In this document: piece after piece, positions 1 to 12,237 of the stretch
Layout of the letters: every line of letters begins with the position of its first letter
Numbering within the stretch: position 1 is the first letter of the stretch
NCBI RefSeq assembly: GCF_011386835.1
Contig: NC_088792.1
Location: 265,546,001 to 265,610,000 of the forward strand
Source of the DNA: Chrysemys picta bellii
Lineage: Eukaryota
Reading direction: 5' to 3'
Length of the DNA stretch: 64,000 bases
The notes under the pieces: model-generated
Seen by the model: the letters and a program-made list of their open reading frames with translations, nothing else
Told to the model about the DNA's origin: nothing
Databases searched by the model: none
Program-made: the position numbers and the translations under genes

Positions 1-292
1 CATGTAACAACTACTCATGACTGTCAATGGGTGTTTTAATCCACATTCAAAACCTAGCTATTCGCTTTCTCCCAAGTGGAACAAAAACATATGAAACTCC
101 TATGCAACTACTGAAGTATGAACATTATATGTATGGCTTTATACCTGGAGGCCACAGCTCTGCTGTGCTAGGCACTGTGCAAACTGTATCAAAGAGGTAG
201 TCCCAGAACCAAACAGCTTACAACTGAAGTTGAAGAGGAGAGACAACAGAGGGACACAAACAAATGGGGGGGGGGGGGGGAGATGAGAAAAG

Positions 293-660
293 CTGATCCT
301 GTGGTTCGGATCCTAGTCTAGGGTGACCAGACAGCAAGTCGGAAAAATCGGGACGGGGGTGGGGTAATAGGAGCCTATATAAGACACAGCCTCAAATATC
401 AGGACTGTCCCTATAAAATCAAGACATCTGGTGACCCTATCCTAGTCTCAGACTAGGGTTCAGATCCCTTCTTCGCCACAGACTCCCTGTGTGACCTTGG
501 ACAGGTCACTGAGTCCCTCAGTGCCTCAATTTCCCCTCTGTAAAATGGGGATAATACCACTGCCCTACTTCCCAGAATGAGGATAAATGCATTAAAGATT
601 GTGAGGGACTCAGACACTATGGGAATGGCAGGGAGATTAAGTATCTGAGACAGACAGAGA
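293..660 (+). mobile_element. Core-SINE (MIR-like), split by the MITE at 319-439
   Basis: CTGTGTGACCTTGGACAGGTCACT..CTCAGTGCCTCAATTTCCCCTCTGTAAAATGGGGATAATA core. Confidence 0.8.
319..439. mobile_element. hAT-type MITE (121 bp) inserted in a SINE
   Basis: TIR TAGGGTGACCAGA / TCTGGTGACCCTA and a perfect 8-bp TSD TCCTAGTC (311-318 and 440-447). Confidence 0.88.
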
Positions 661-2008
661 TAGGAATCACAAAGTAACAACAATGATACTGCCCAAGCAT
701 TGCTGAGTTTTGTATAGCCCTCACAGCAGAAAAGGGTTTAAGGAGAGATCTGGAAGAGGACAATAAGGGGACTTGGAGAATAGTTACACAAAAGAGCTTG
801 TTGGAAAACTTGACAAATGAAGTAAATACACATACCAGACTTCTGAAACTTCATAGAATGGCTCAGATGAATTAATCTGAAAATGGCCTCTTTCATATAT
901 ACCAACAGAGTAAAAAAAAAACCTGTTGTGTAACAGTTATGGTTGCTCAAATGCAACCGCTAAAATGCACTTGACAAAGGAAAGCATCTCAGGAAAGAAG
1001 AGAATTAGGTTCCTCAGCTTTATGGTACCTCACTCAGTTATTTCTAATACAGCAACCCAATATACTGGCCTTAAAAGATCTGCTTGCTGAAGACTGCACG
1101 CCCAGTTGTGCTAGTACAGTTTAAATGGTGAGCCAAAGCTCAAAGATTGATTTACCAGTGGCAATTTACTGGCCCACTATGCTATTTTCCACTGTGGTAG
1201 CCAGCTGAAGACTGGAAAATATTAATAAGGTGCTCAAGAGAGATGCAGCAATTCTGAAATATTCTGGTAACCAAGATGATTGGAAAGATGACTATAAGCT
1301 CTTTGGGGAAGGGACCATCTCTTGAAACTTCTGTGTGCTGCTGCAATAACCACCACCACAGGAGGGTGTGGAGGGGAGGACAGAACAACAGTCTTTTGAT
1401 AAAATGCTTTACAAGGCAGTGGGAACTAAAGCCAAACCTACCCCAAAAATCCTTGAGTAGAGTAACATCACTTTTGTTTAAACCTTACAGTCATAAACTG
1501 GTTTCATTTTAGCTTCCCATAAAAGTTCCCACCATTAAGACCCAAACTTGCATGGTTTCAAATGCCCTTAAAAACCAACTGCCCAACATACAGTTTTCTA
1601 ACTAGCACTCAACTCGCCTAGAAGCCCACAATCTCTGGGCTTAACCCAGTTTTTGTGGCTAGAAGCACTGACCAAAGTCCACACAATGTGTCCAAAACTT
1701 GTATGTGGAAAGTTAGGTGCCTCAGTCCATAATGAGGCATCTAAACAAGTGGCCTGATTTCCAGAGTGAAGTGTGTACCCTTCAGATCAAGTTTAGTTAA
1801 GGGGAAATACAGCTAACCTCCAGCAGAAGAGGGGAGGGGGATTTGGAAGAAGAATGGGTAGTGGCCACCAAGCTTTACATGGCAATTGATCACATAACCT
1901 TACAGCAGCATTCTACAAAAAACATGGAAACAGATTTCTAAATCTCCTGTTTGAAGCTGTGACTGAGGTTGTGTTTGTTTTACAGCCAAAAATGAGAGTA
2001 AATTAGAA

Positions 2009-2123
2009 GTATCAGCAGGGTAGCCGTGTTGCATCTGAAGAAGTGAGCTTCTTACCCACGAAAGCTTATGCTCCCAACACTTCTATTAGTCTTAAAGGTG
2101 CCACAGGACCCTCTGTTGCTTTT
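2009..2123 (+). mobile_element. Penelope-like pseudo-LTR fragment with a short inverted piece at its 5' side
   Basis: Hammerhead followed by the tail TTAGTCTTAAAGGTGCCACAGGAC, shared with the 5765 and 9356 copies. GTATCAGCAGGGTAGCCGTGTT (2009-2030) is the reverse complement of the family 3' tail. Confidence 0.7.
2031..2071 (+). ncRNA. Minimal type-I hammerhead ribozyme motif (Penelope-like element)
   Basis: GCAT-CTGAAGA-A-GTGAG[CTTCTTA]CCCAC-GAAA-GC-TT-ATGC: stem I GCAT/ATGC, intact core, stem II with one mismatch, palindromic AAGCTT stem III. Confidence 0.72.
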
Positions 2124-4633
2124 TAGTAAATTAGAAAAATCACAAGAAAATCTAAAAGATTATTTATTGTCTGTTTTATACCCCTCGAAGCTGTCTGTTC
2201 CTCTGCGTGCCTGCATTACAAAGGGATGCAATCAAAGAGGGGCTGGAGAAGAAAATGCATCATTCCAGGCCACCCCATCTATTTTAACACTATCCTTATG
2301 ATCACTGTCATTGTTCAAAAGCATGTCTTCTTTATTGTAAAGGAAAGGTCAAGGAGAGAAGGGAAATCCTCTCACCCAGCACCAGGAGGGTTTGACAGTT
2401 TCCATATTCAAATTTCCACAGGGTAACAAGCTTCATCTCAAAACCTTTCCTTCATCTCATCAGACAGAGGACGAGTTTTTGCTTGCAAGTGCACAGCTCA
2501 AAATGCAACCACATGTGCTTACCAGGAAGCGTGACTAGAGCAAAAATACAACCCAAATATCCCACAGAGCCCACGTGACCACAGGCTTCCAGTTCAGTTC
2601 CCCCCTTTGGTGCTGTCATAGCCACATATGGTAACAACATGACAAGTCTTCCTCGCTGCATCATGCCTAAGGTTTGCTCATCTAGGTGGTTTGTCTTCTG
2701 TGTAACCCAGAAAGATGCTGCTGCATTTGCAGGAGGTGGGAGCCGACTGGTTCCATACTCACAGCAGGCAAAAAATGCCACATCATCTCTTCAGCTGCCC
2801 TAAGTTAAAATAATGGAGAAGTTTGTCAAAGACACTAGGAAGGGGGAAAGCACAGAGAGGAAATTCACAAGAAATCAAATCCCACCCACACCCACAGAGA
2901 CTGAATCTCACATTCTGATTAACTGCATCTGAAATCATTGTATCCAGCTATGAGGTGTTACTGCTAAACACAACAGACACCAAAATAAACCAGGACAAAC
3001 AAACAGCCACAGAAGAAAGCCAAGAGGGGGAGAAAACAAACCCTCAGGGGCGAAAAATAAAAAAATAGAGCAATAGTGTCATGGGAATTAGCTCTCATAA
3101 AATGTTCAGCATGTTGTAGTTTAATGCAAATGTAAATTTTACTTAAAATCTAATCAATTTATTTTGCTTGCATTTTTCTTAAATATACAAAACAAGCAAG
3201 TTTTTGCTGGTGGGCTCACTCAGCTATGAACATTATACTAACAGTATCAGTAAGATCAATCATGCGCTAAATTGCTACTGAAAATATACTCTCTCTTCTG
3301 GCTTTATTTCTCCACATGGCTGACCTGCTATTTTCTGCTATACATTCCTTACGTAAAGTGTAACTGCATTTCGAAACTGTATATGGCCTTGCTACCGGCC
3401 TTTGCAAAGGGGTCAACATAGAACATATTTTCTGTACTCTGATGGTATTTGCCTGTGATACTATGGTGGATATCTATCTAAGTTAAAAACAAAAAACCCC
3501 AACCAATAAGATAATTGGATAGATAGCTAGATATTGGTTGGTGTGTTGTTGTTTTTTTAAACTTAGAAACTAACATACAATTATGTGACTGAGTACTGTG
3601 CAGGAATGCATTAGCAGTGCTAGAGGCTGGGAGCTGCACTGTTGCCTACGATTCACTTTGGCCATCCCTACATTAAAGTAATAGAGAGTCATGACAGCCT
3701 TACATATCAGGCCCCTGGCACATCTCTGTAGAATGGAGAGGGGAGAAAATGCATTGGGTAATTACAGCCCAGACCTGGCAGCTCCTACTTGGAAACGGTT
3801 TTACAACCTTAACTGCAACATCAGATCATTTTATTCCACTTACAACTTTCCAAAGCTTTAACCTTCTGCTTCGGTTTCTGCCTGAAGGTGAATGAGCAAG
3901 ATCCCACTCAGCTGTTTTTGAGATCAGCAAAAGTTGAAATAAATGATAACCACACTTTTAAAAGACATGGCTACCAACCAAATATGGCTGCCATTTGTAA
4001 CTTGAAACACTTGAAGCTTGGACTTACTCCTCACGAAGGGATCGGGCCCCCCTGCTTGGCTTTGATTTACCATAGTTATGACTATTTGAGATCAGCACTC
4101 AAAAAAAAACCCATACACACAGTGAACAGTTTTGTTACATCGACAGGGTGAAGAAAGATGCCCTGCAACAGTGTGTAGCTAGATAAGTGCATGCACCCTT
4201 TCCAAAATCTGTTCTCTGTAAGTGGCGCCGACACTAAAACTACTGAACCAATTTTGGACTGCTGTGGTGCAACCTGGAACTGCCATTAAAGGTTTCCAGC
4301 TGTGTCAAGGGGAGAAGTATGGAATGAACATGGGTTTCAAGTGACTGGAAAAGAATTCTGCAGCAAGGAGTTTGGAAGCTGTGAGAGCATTTAAAATTCG
4401 CAGACCCTGAAACTACCTTAAAAGTGACCCGGAAATGATTTTGTTTTATTGGACTTGTGTACTTTTTGCTTCTTTATGATGTTTAAAGTAGATCTGAAAG
4501 TTTGCTGTTGCATTGGTTATTTTTTTTGTTTATTTGTTTTTGGTTGGTTGTATCTTTACTTTAGAACCATAAGGAATGACTTATGTCTGGTTTCCCCTGG
4601 ATTTTCTGGAAGTCTTTTGGGATTTCAGAGTAG

Positions 4634-5275
4634 TGTGACAAAGTTCCTCCTCTATCTTGGTGGGTCCTGCACTTATTGGCGGATTTTCTTGCCTCAGAGA
4701 TTCACCATGTGGGTTAGGGAACAGCCCAGAGACCTTCCCCTCTGGAAGAGCCCACAGTCCAGGTCAATTGGGAGGTTTGGGGGGAACCCAGGCCCGCCCT
4801 CGGCCCTGTGGACTGCAGCTGTCTATAGTACCTCCTGTAACAGGTGCATGACAACTACAACTCCCTGGGCCACTTCCCCATGGCCTCCTCCATACACCTT
4901 CCTTATTCTCACCCCAGGACCTTCCTCCTGGTGTCTGATAACACTTGTGCTCCTCAGTCCTCCAGCAGCACACCCTCTCAGCTTCTTGCACCTCTTGCTC
5001 CCAGCTCCTCACACTCGCACCACAAACTGAAGTGGGCTCCTTTTTAAAACCCAGGTGCCCTGATTAGCCTGCCTTAATTGATTCTAGGCGCTTCTTCTTA
5101 ATTGGCTCCAGGTGTCCTAATTAGCCTGCCTGCCTTAACTGGTTCTAGCAGGTTCCTGATTACTCTAGTACAGCCCCTGCTCTGGTCACTCAGGGAACAG
5201 AAAACTACTCATCCAGTGACCAGTATATTTGCTCTCTACCAGACTCCTGTACCCCACTGGTCTGGGTCTGTCACA
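4634..5275. mobile_element. Solo LTR (Gypsy/ERV type), 642 bp
   Basis: TGTGACA...TGTCACA inverted termini (TG..CA). Flanks GTAG/GTAT form a near 4-bp TSD. Internal duplicated GGTGCCCTGATTAGCCTGCC motif. No gag/pol coding. Confidence 0.75.
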
Positions 5276-5764
5276 GTATATGTATTGTGAGTTTTCTCAC
5301 TTTCATTAAAAGAATTGGGGTGCTTTACAAAGACGTCTCCTCTCCAGAATGTTTATTAGCCATTGAAGTTAAATGAGTGTTAACAAACAAGTTGTCAGCA
5401 TTTTAAAAATCTCTTCTCCCCTCAACAGCTCAATTCTCTTGACACCTGTAATAATATCTATGACATTTGTGATAATTTACTAGGCCTCCGGACATCCTGG
5501 GCCCTGCCTAACAGTTTCCCACCGTTGCTAACACTGGTGTTCTCACTATGTCTCCCAACATTGTTAGTGGCTTCCACTATTAAAGGCATTTCTTGAAACT
5601 GTTTCACAAACTATCTGTGAGGCAGTTAAGAATAAATACAGGGATCACATCATCCACTGAAGAACTGCAATCATCATTGGGTTGGAATACAGTAGCTTAC
5701 AACAGTATACAAGGAAGTATTACATCCAACTGAAGCTTGAGAGGTAACTTTATATAGGTATCAG

Positions 5765-5887
5765 GGGGTAGCTGTGTTAGTCTGTATCCACAAAAAAACC
5801 AAGGAGTTTGGTGGCACCTTAAAGACTAACAGATTTATTTGGGCATAAGCTTTCATGGGTAAAAAACCTCACTTCTTCAGATGCATG
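5765..5887 (-). mobile_element. Short Penelope-like unit (hammerhead plus tail) with target-site duplication
   Basis: Same family as 2009-2123 and 9356-9569. Flanked by the direct repeat TATATAGGTATCAG (5751-5764 and 5904-5917), which extends imperfectly to about 25 bp. Confidence 0.78.
5843..5884 (-). ncRNA. Minimal type-I hammerhead ribozyme motif, sense to EXT1 pre-mRNA
   Basis: Minus strand: GCAT-CTGAAGA-A-GTGAG[GTTTTTTA]CCCAT-GAAA-GC-TT-ATGC. Confidence 0.72.
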
Positions 5888-6714
5888 GAGAGGTATCACT
5901 TATTATATAGGTATCAGTTTTAATTTGGGCTGACCCAGGATTAGCAACCCTGCTCTAACAACAAAAGATATCATAGCATCTTTCATAACTCTAAGCACTC
6001 AGGACCTCACCACTGTATTCTTTAACCTCATGGTGGAGAATTTTTTCAGTACTGATTCAGAGGGCAAAATACTAAAATCATTTCCCACAACCAACAGGTT
6101 GCAAATAATTTTGCAGTCCCTTGGTAGTCTCCCACCTTAGTACTAATCCAGCCTCCACACATTTACCTTATCAAGTCTGCTGTGATCACAACACAAAATA
6201 GGATGAAATAAGTGGATGACTCCCTTTTCACAAAGGAAGTGTTCAGAGAAAGAGACTGAGTCAGGAGTTCTGCTTTCTACTCCGGACTCCGCAGAGGATG
6301 GTGTAATCCACATGCTTCACTCACCCATCTGCAACATCGGGACAATTCTTATCCACTTCAAAGGGTTCTTGGAAGAGTTATTTAATTAACATCTGCAAAG
6401 TGCTTTGAGATTTCTTGTGTGAAAGGCACTATAAGTGATTAGCACAAAACAGGAAACTACGATTACCATTAATGTGGCAAGAAGGAGAAATCTGACATTT
6501 CAGAATAGCTCAGATAGCATTGCCACCCTATAGAGAACAATAGTTTCCTATGGGGAGAAAAAAATTCCCAGGAAACAAAAGTGAACAGGACATGTTGTAA
6601 CACCTAATTATGCATTTCAAATCTACATGCCTATGCAGGCATATATATATAGCCCCTATTATACTATCCCAGCACCTCAATCATTGACAGAGTTTACTCA
6701 GATAACACCTCTCT

Positions 6715-6855
6715 GGGATAGGGAAGTATCACCCTATTTTACAGAGAGGAACTGAGGCACAAAGGAGATTAAGTGACAGGCCCAAAGTCACAAAATTTTG
6801 TCCCTGAGCTAGGATTTGAACCCAGGGCTCCTGAAGCACAGTCCATGTCCCTGTC
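6715..6855 (-). mobile_element. Core-SINE (MIR-like)
   Basis: CCTATTTTACAGAGAGGAACTGAGGCAC..TAAGTGAC..CCCAAAGTCAC..GGATTTGAACCCAGG. Confidence 0.75.
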
Positions 6856-7379
6856 TACTCTAGATAATTCTTTCTAGAAGATAATCTCCTGACTCCATCT
6901 TCTCACTGAAGAGCTTCTCCATTTTGATGTCTTTCCATAATTACTTAAATCGCTTTCCTTCTCACAATGGCCTATATTCTTGGAAACATCACAGAATGCT
7001 ATTGTGAATACTATTTGCGTTTGCATTGCTATTCGCAGGTCCCCTCTGCAATTCTCATCAGATCCCATAAGCCAAAATTACATAGATATATACGTTTAAA
7101 ACACATGTTTTTAAGGAAGAAAATAATATCCCAAGCAGTTTTTCCCTCAAGCCTTGGTCACTGAGAAAAAGAAACAGTAGACCCAACAACCAGCTTTGTA
7201 TTATGGATACAGAATACTAGGAAATCTGGTAAATCCTAAAGAAGTGATTTTCAAAGTGTTCTCTGAAGAACACTGGTAGGTGACAGAACACTTACTGATA
7301 GTCCATGGATGGTCAGGCAGGGTGGATGAATATTATAAAAAAAAAAAAAAAGGTTGTAATCAGATTTTTGTTTTAAATT

Positions 7380-8095
7380 GGAATTCTTTTATTTGAATTA
7401 AATACAGGCTTACTTTTAAAAAAATAAACCTATTTAAAATTACATTTGAAATTGTGACAACCTATATTAAGGTCTAATCTATTAATCCCATTTAAATTAA
7501 TTAAAAATAATATTAAGCAGTACGTTTGCTGCCATGTTTTAAAGAAAATTAAATCAGTTCATTCAAATTTAAGAAACCAACAGGCAGTTGAAAATGCAGA
7601 AAAGATTGTTTTCCTCTCCCAAACTATGAATACAAATGGGGTGTCAGAGGATGAGAGCTACTAGTTCTAAAACCTTGAAGGACAGAGTGACCTAGAAACA
7701 ATCAGTTCAATTCACTAGCTACAGATAATGTTTCCTTTGTTTAATAAATGTTAGTTTATATGCAAAACATGTTTTGATAAAACTTTTTTTCTTATGTATC
7801 GAGCACCTCAAGGTAGTTTTATTTAAATAAAAACTATTTTAAAATGTTTTTGTGCATTTAATTGAATTTTAATTTCCATCCAAATAGAGTTGGACACAAA
7901 TCACATATAAAAATTAATCATAATCTGGTAAATAAGAAATGTATCATTCACCATTTTCTAACAATGTAAAAAAATTAAGACTCTGAACAAATGTGAATTA
8001 AGTAGTTGCTTAAATAAACTTACATAAATATATAGTCTATCCTCCTGGTTAGCAAAAACAAGGACCAAATTTAGTGTAAAGAGTATTTATTTATT
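7380..8095. mobile_element. Very AT-rich decayed DNA-transposon (hAT-like) fragment
   Basis: Abrupt AT-rich block with repeated TTTAAATAAAAA motifs, resembling reptile hAT interiors. No termini identified. Confidence 0.35.
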
Positions 8096-9355
8096 ACAAT
8101 ATTTTTATACTGGCAAAAGCCTTAGTGTAGGCAGACACAGTTACATCAACATAAGAGTCCTTTGGCTGGTAGAGCTTATTTTGTTTGGGGAAATACTATC
8201 AGCTACAAAGCCAAGTACAAAACTCAAAAAGAAGACATTTCTTGTTTTTTCAATTTTCTTATAAAAAGAAGACAGCAGAATATAATAATTGTGCCATCTA
8301 ATTTCTCTGTGTCAAGGGTGACCCTGCTCAATGGCATGCACATGCTTATTATTCACCCGATCACGTTGTGACGGGTTGGATCACAGAAACCCCATTGGGA
8401 GCTGCCACCCGATGTGCAAAGACTACCCCTGCTCCTGTTTTCCCTGCCAGCTCAGGACTCCAGCACCCTGTCTTGCTGAGCCAGACACTCCCGTCTGGCT
8501 CCAGACACAGACCCAGGGTCTGAATCACTTGTCCCAAAGCTGCAAGTTTATCTGAAAACAGCTCACAGGAGTGTGCTTGTCTTTAGCACTCAGATGCCCA
8601 ACTCCCAATGGGGTCTAAACCCAAATAAATCCGTTTTACCCTGTATAAATCTTATGCAGAGTAAACTCATAAACTGTTCGCCCTCTATAACACTGATAGA
8701 GAGATATGCACAGTTGTTTGCTCCCCCAGGTATTAATACATACTCTGAGTAAATTACTAAATAAAAAGTGATTTTATTAAATACAGGCAGTAGGATTTAA
8801 GTGGTTCCAAGTAGTAACAGACAGAACAAAGTAAGTCACCAAGCAAAATAAAATAAAATGCACCTATTTATGCCTAATCAAGCTGAATACAGATAATCTC
8901 ACCCTCAGAGATGCTTCAGGAAGTTTTTTCTCAGACTGGACACCTTCCAGGCCTGGGCACAATTCTTTCCCCTGGTACAGCTCTTGTTGCAGCTCAGGTG
9001 ATAGCTAGGGGATTCTTCATGATGGCTCCTCTCCTGCTTTGTTCTCTTCCACCCCTTTATATATCTTTTGCATAAGGCAGGAACCCTTTGTCCCTCTGGG
9101 TTTCCACCCCCCTCCACTGGAAAAGCACTAGGTTAAAGATGGATTCCAGTTCAGGTGACATGATCACATATACAGGAAGACTCACAGGTAAATACAGCCA
9201 TCTGCAGACAATGGGAGTCTGCAAGATTCCAAACCATCCTTAATGGCCCACACTTTACATAATTACAATAGGCCCTCAGAGTTATGTTTTATATTTCTAG
9301 TTTTAGATACAAGAGTGGTACATTTATACAAATGGGATGATCACACTCAGTAGAT

Positions 9356-9569
9356 TGCGGATACAGACTAACACGGCTGCTACTCTGAAACCTGTCATTA
9401 TGCAAGGCACTGCATTTAACCGTATGGAGAAAGCACTCTATATGCATCCGAAGAAGTGGGCAGTAGCCCACGAAAGCTTATGCTCTAATAAATTTGTTAG
9501 TCTCTAAGGTGCCACAAGTACTCCTGTTCTTTTTGCGGATACAGACTAACACAGCTGCTACTCTGAAAC
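9356..9569 (+). mobile_element. Penelope-like/retrozyme-like unit: 178-bp monomer plus 36-bp terminal redundancy, inserted in a solo LTR
   Basis: Direct repeat TGCGGATACAGACTAACAC(G/A)GCTGCTACTCTGAAAC at 9356-9391 and 9534-9569. TSD CTCAGTAGATT at 9346-9356 and 9569-9579. Internal hammerhead. Confidence 0.82.
9444..9483 (+). ncRNA. Minimal hammerhead ribozyme motif with a core substitution (CCGAAGA)
   Basis: GCAT-CCGAAGA-A-GTGGGC[AGTA]GCCCAC-GAAA-GC-TT-ATGC. Perfect 6-bp stem II; U4 is replaced by C. Confidence 0.68.
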
Positions 9570-11032
9570 TCAGTAGATTATAAGCTTTGTAATGATACCT
9601 TACAAGAGACCTTTTGCATGAAGCATATCCCAGTTACATTATATTCACTTATATTTTTATAAAACCATATAGACTGCATAACGTCACACACGTGTGTACA
9701 AAAGTTATCATTCTATACTATGTACATAGACCTGAATCTCAACATAACCACGTTTATATCTAACAATAGAACTAGTGAGGATTGGAGAAGCTTATGTCAG
9801 ATGCATTTCAAGAGAGAACGTAAAGGAATATTTCAGATGATCTTCTCCTATGTTTTCCCGGCCTTGAGTCTGTGCTCCAGCACCTGAAGATCACGCTGAA
9901 AAGCACAGATGTAAATATGAACAAATGCTTCAGTTACATTGCACAGAAGAGGATAAGTACTTTGAAGTCTGCAGGTCTCTAGTTCTGATGAACTGCTTGT
10001 TGTTCAAAATGTCCCTAAATAGCTAAGCTAAGAAGCCAAACGATTTACTCGCTCTATCATCGCTCTCTTTGCAGGCAGGTAGGAGGGAAAGTGAACCTGT
10101 TCAAGGGAAGGATTGGAAAGATGCACATATCTAAGCTCTAAAAGAATCCTTTTAACTGATGTACTGCCAGGAAATTCCCTTCAACAGAACACTAAAGAAT
10201 TGGTAGAATTAGAATCTTCTCATAAAGATGATTGAAACATTCCTATCTTCTGTCTGGTGCCAAAATCTTTTAACTCTGGATGCACAAAAATGCCATAAAA
10301 TTCCTTCATTCAAAAGCATAAGAAAGATGCCAGACTTTCTTCTGCATATTAAGGAGGCCTGGATACTGAAGCATGCATTGCTGTAATCCCCTATGAACAT
10401 CACATCTTCTGTGTCCTGTTCGGTCCTGAACATGCACCCGCACCCCACATAAGCACGCTGGCATCCTCTCTCACATATACACATGCACGCTGTTAGTTAA
10501 AACTTCTTCCCAGCCCTGCTTCACCACACGCACACACACACACACACACACAGCCACACCTTGTTTTACGTTGGCAGAGGACAGCTTAAACCTTATTTAA
10601 AACAGGAATGATTGAGAGGAGGTGCATACCTCTGACAGCAGACTTGTTGCTCTGACATGTCCAGAAACAAGCTACATCATCAGTTTGGATGCCTGATAGG
10701 AAAACTGCACGGTCCCCTGCCTGGGTGAACAGAAGGTCTGGTCTCTTCACCAGACAGTGTCTGTTCATCTAGGAGACTCAGATTTTCTTCCTTTTCCCAA
10801 CACATTTCAAGTCAAGGAGGCCATTTTACTGCCTCTTTATCTGGGCCAGAGGCAGCAAGCTGCACAGAGGAATCAGTCTGTTCAGCAGTGAAACACTTAT
10901 CTCAGCTGCATATTTCCTGCTTTATTCTTTGGGAAGTCCATGAGAAGGGTGTTACAGAAACACAAGTGACTGAGCAACTGAAATGAGGACACTTAACATT
11001 TCAGCTCCTTCAGATTTTCATAGTACGGTCCC

Positions 11033-11165
11033 GGGGTAAAACTCATCCCGGTGCAGATGGCCAGCACAAGGCCCAGATGCCACTAAGTGCAACTTCTGCA
11101 ATACTTTAAGGCTTTAAGTGGGATTTAAGCCTTGTCCTTGTGCTGCACAGGGGCAAATTTCACCT
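11033..11165. repeat. Palindromic repeat (about 130 bp)
   Basis: GGGGTAAAACTCATCCCGGTGCAG..CAGCACAAGG and CCTTGTGCTGCACAGGGGCAAATTTCACC are imperfect inverted arms. Confidence 0.6.
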
Positions 11166-12147
11166 CCTGTGGCGAAAACCTCTATTCCAGAAGTTCACCA
11201 TTTCCCTATGTAGCCCAGAACTACTGCTCTTCAGAACAGGGAGTTTTATCTGTTTGGCAGAGCTGACAGTACAGCACCAGACACATTTATGGTGCTCTAC
11301 CATAATATATCATCACTATCAAGCAAACAACAGCACTCTTCCAAGAAATAGCCAATTAATGAGAAGCTGCAGCTTCCCGCAGCTGTGCCAGAGAGGCTCT
11401 TTTTAAAACTCTAACTTTGCTGTAATGGGAACTGTAATAAGGCTCCAGAATTCAGTCTTTTTAATCAAAATTAGAAATCTGAAGGAGCCCTGCAGAGCTG
11501 TGTTGGAGAGAGGAAGAGAGCTAATAGGCTCTGGCTACTTTTGCAAGGAAACGGGAGAAAGATACAAATAATCCCCCCCCCCCCCCCCCCCGACATCTTG
11601 GGGATGCGATCCCAGCTTTGCACCATTTGGAGTCAGTTCTCAGGCAACCACCCAATCAAATCATGGCTTTGAACAATGAGTGAATCTGCGTCCAAACCCT
11701 CTCCTGCTCCGCCCCTCAACCCTCCAGCAGCCTCCTGGAGGAAAATAATGAAATGTACAATATATAACCTGCCAGTTAAAACCACAGCTCTGTGTGTGGG
11801 AAAATCAGCACAGAGAATTGTTTTAACTCGCTTGTTTGCTTTTCTTTCACTGGGGGGATGGAGGGAGGGAGGAGAGTAGGTTGCTGTAATCTCGTATGCC
11901 AACTAATCACTGAAATATAACAGCTACAAATGAGGTTCAAGTTTATATTTTAGCAGGTGAAACAATGAAGCATTAAGCAAAAGGCAGATGGAAAAATTCT
12001 AGCTTCTAAAGACAGTAGGTCAAATTCTGTTCTCATTCACAATGGGATGTATCTGGAGCACTCATCAATTTCAAAGGAATTCACTCTGGTGTACCCACAG
12101 AACAGAATCTGTATATTTATAGTGGTGACGTGCACAATGGTTAACAC

Positions 12148-12237
12148 TTTCAAAAGTGCTTAAATGATGTAGGAGCACAAGTCCCATAGAAAGTAAATGA
12201 GAGTTGGGCTCCTAAATCACTTGGGCACATTTGAAAA
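12148..12237. repeat. Palindromic repeat (about 90 bp)
   Basis: TTTCAAAAGTGC..AGGAGC..TCCCA / GAGTTGGGCTCCT..GCACATTTGAAAA arms. Confidence 0.65.

Larger units (their letters stand above)
150..800 (-). mobile_element. L2 LINE 3' remnant, interrupted by a SINE and a MITE
   Basis: GCTAGGCACTGTGCAAAC..GTCCCAGAACCAAACAGCTTACAA resembles the L2 3' end. It continues at about 690-800. Confidence 0.5.
8367..9688. mobile_element. Solo LTR (Gypsy/ERV type), about 1.1 kb plus the nested Penelope-like unit
   Basis: TGTGACG...CGTCACA termini and a perfect 5-bp TSD CACGT (8362-8366 and 9689-9693). Confidence 0.85.

Noticed and set aside
266-280. Long G and C homopolymers (266-280, 11573-11590) as functional G4 elements
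   Set aside because: Isolated homopolymer runs with no supporting context. They are prone to slippage and sequencing error.
4449-5030. 193-aa plus-strand ORF
   Set aside because: It straddles flanking T-rich DNA and the solo-LTR boundary at 4634. There are no gag, pol or env motifs, so it is a chance ORF.
5560-6050. Possible AmnSINE-like remnant around the 5765 insertion
   Set aside because: Only short degenerate motif similarity. Boundaries and family could not be established by eye.
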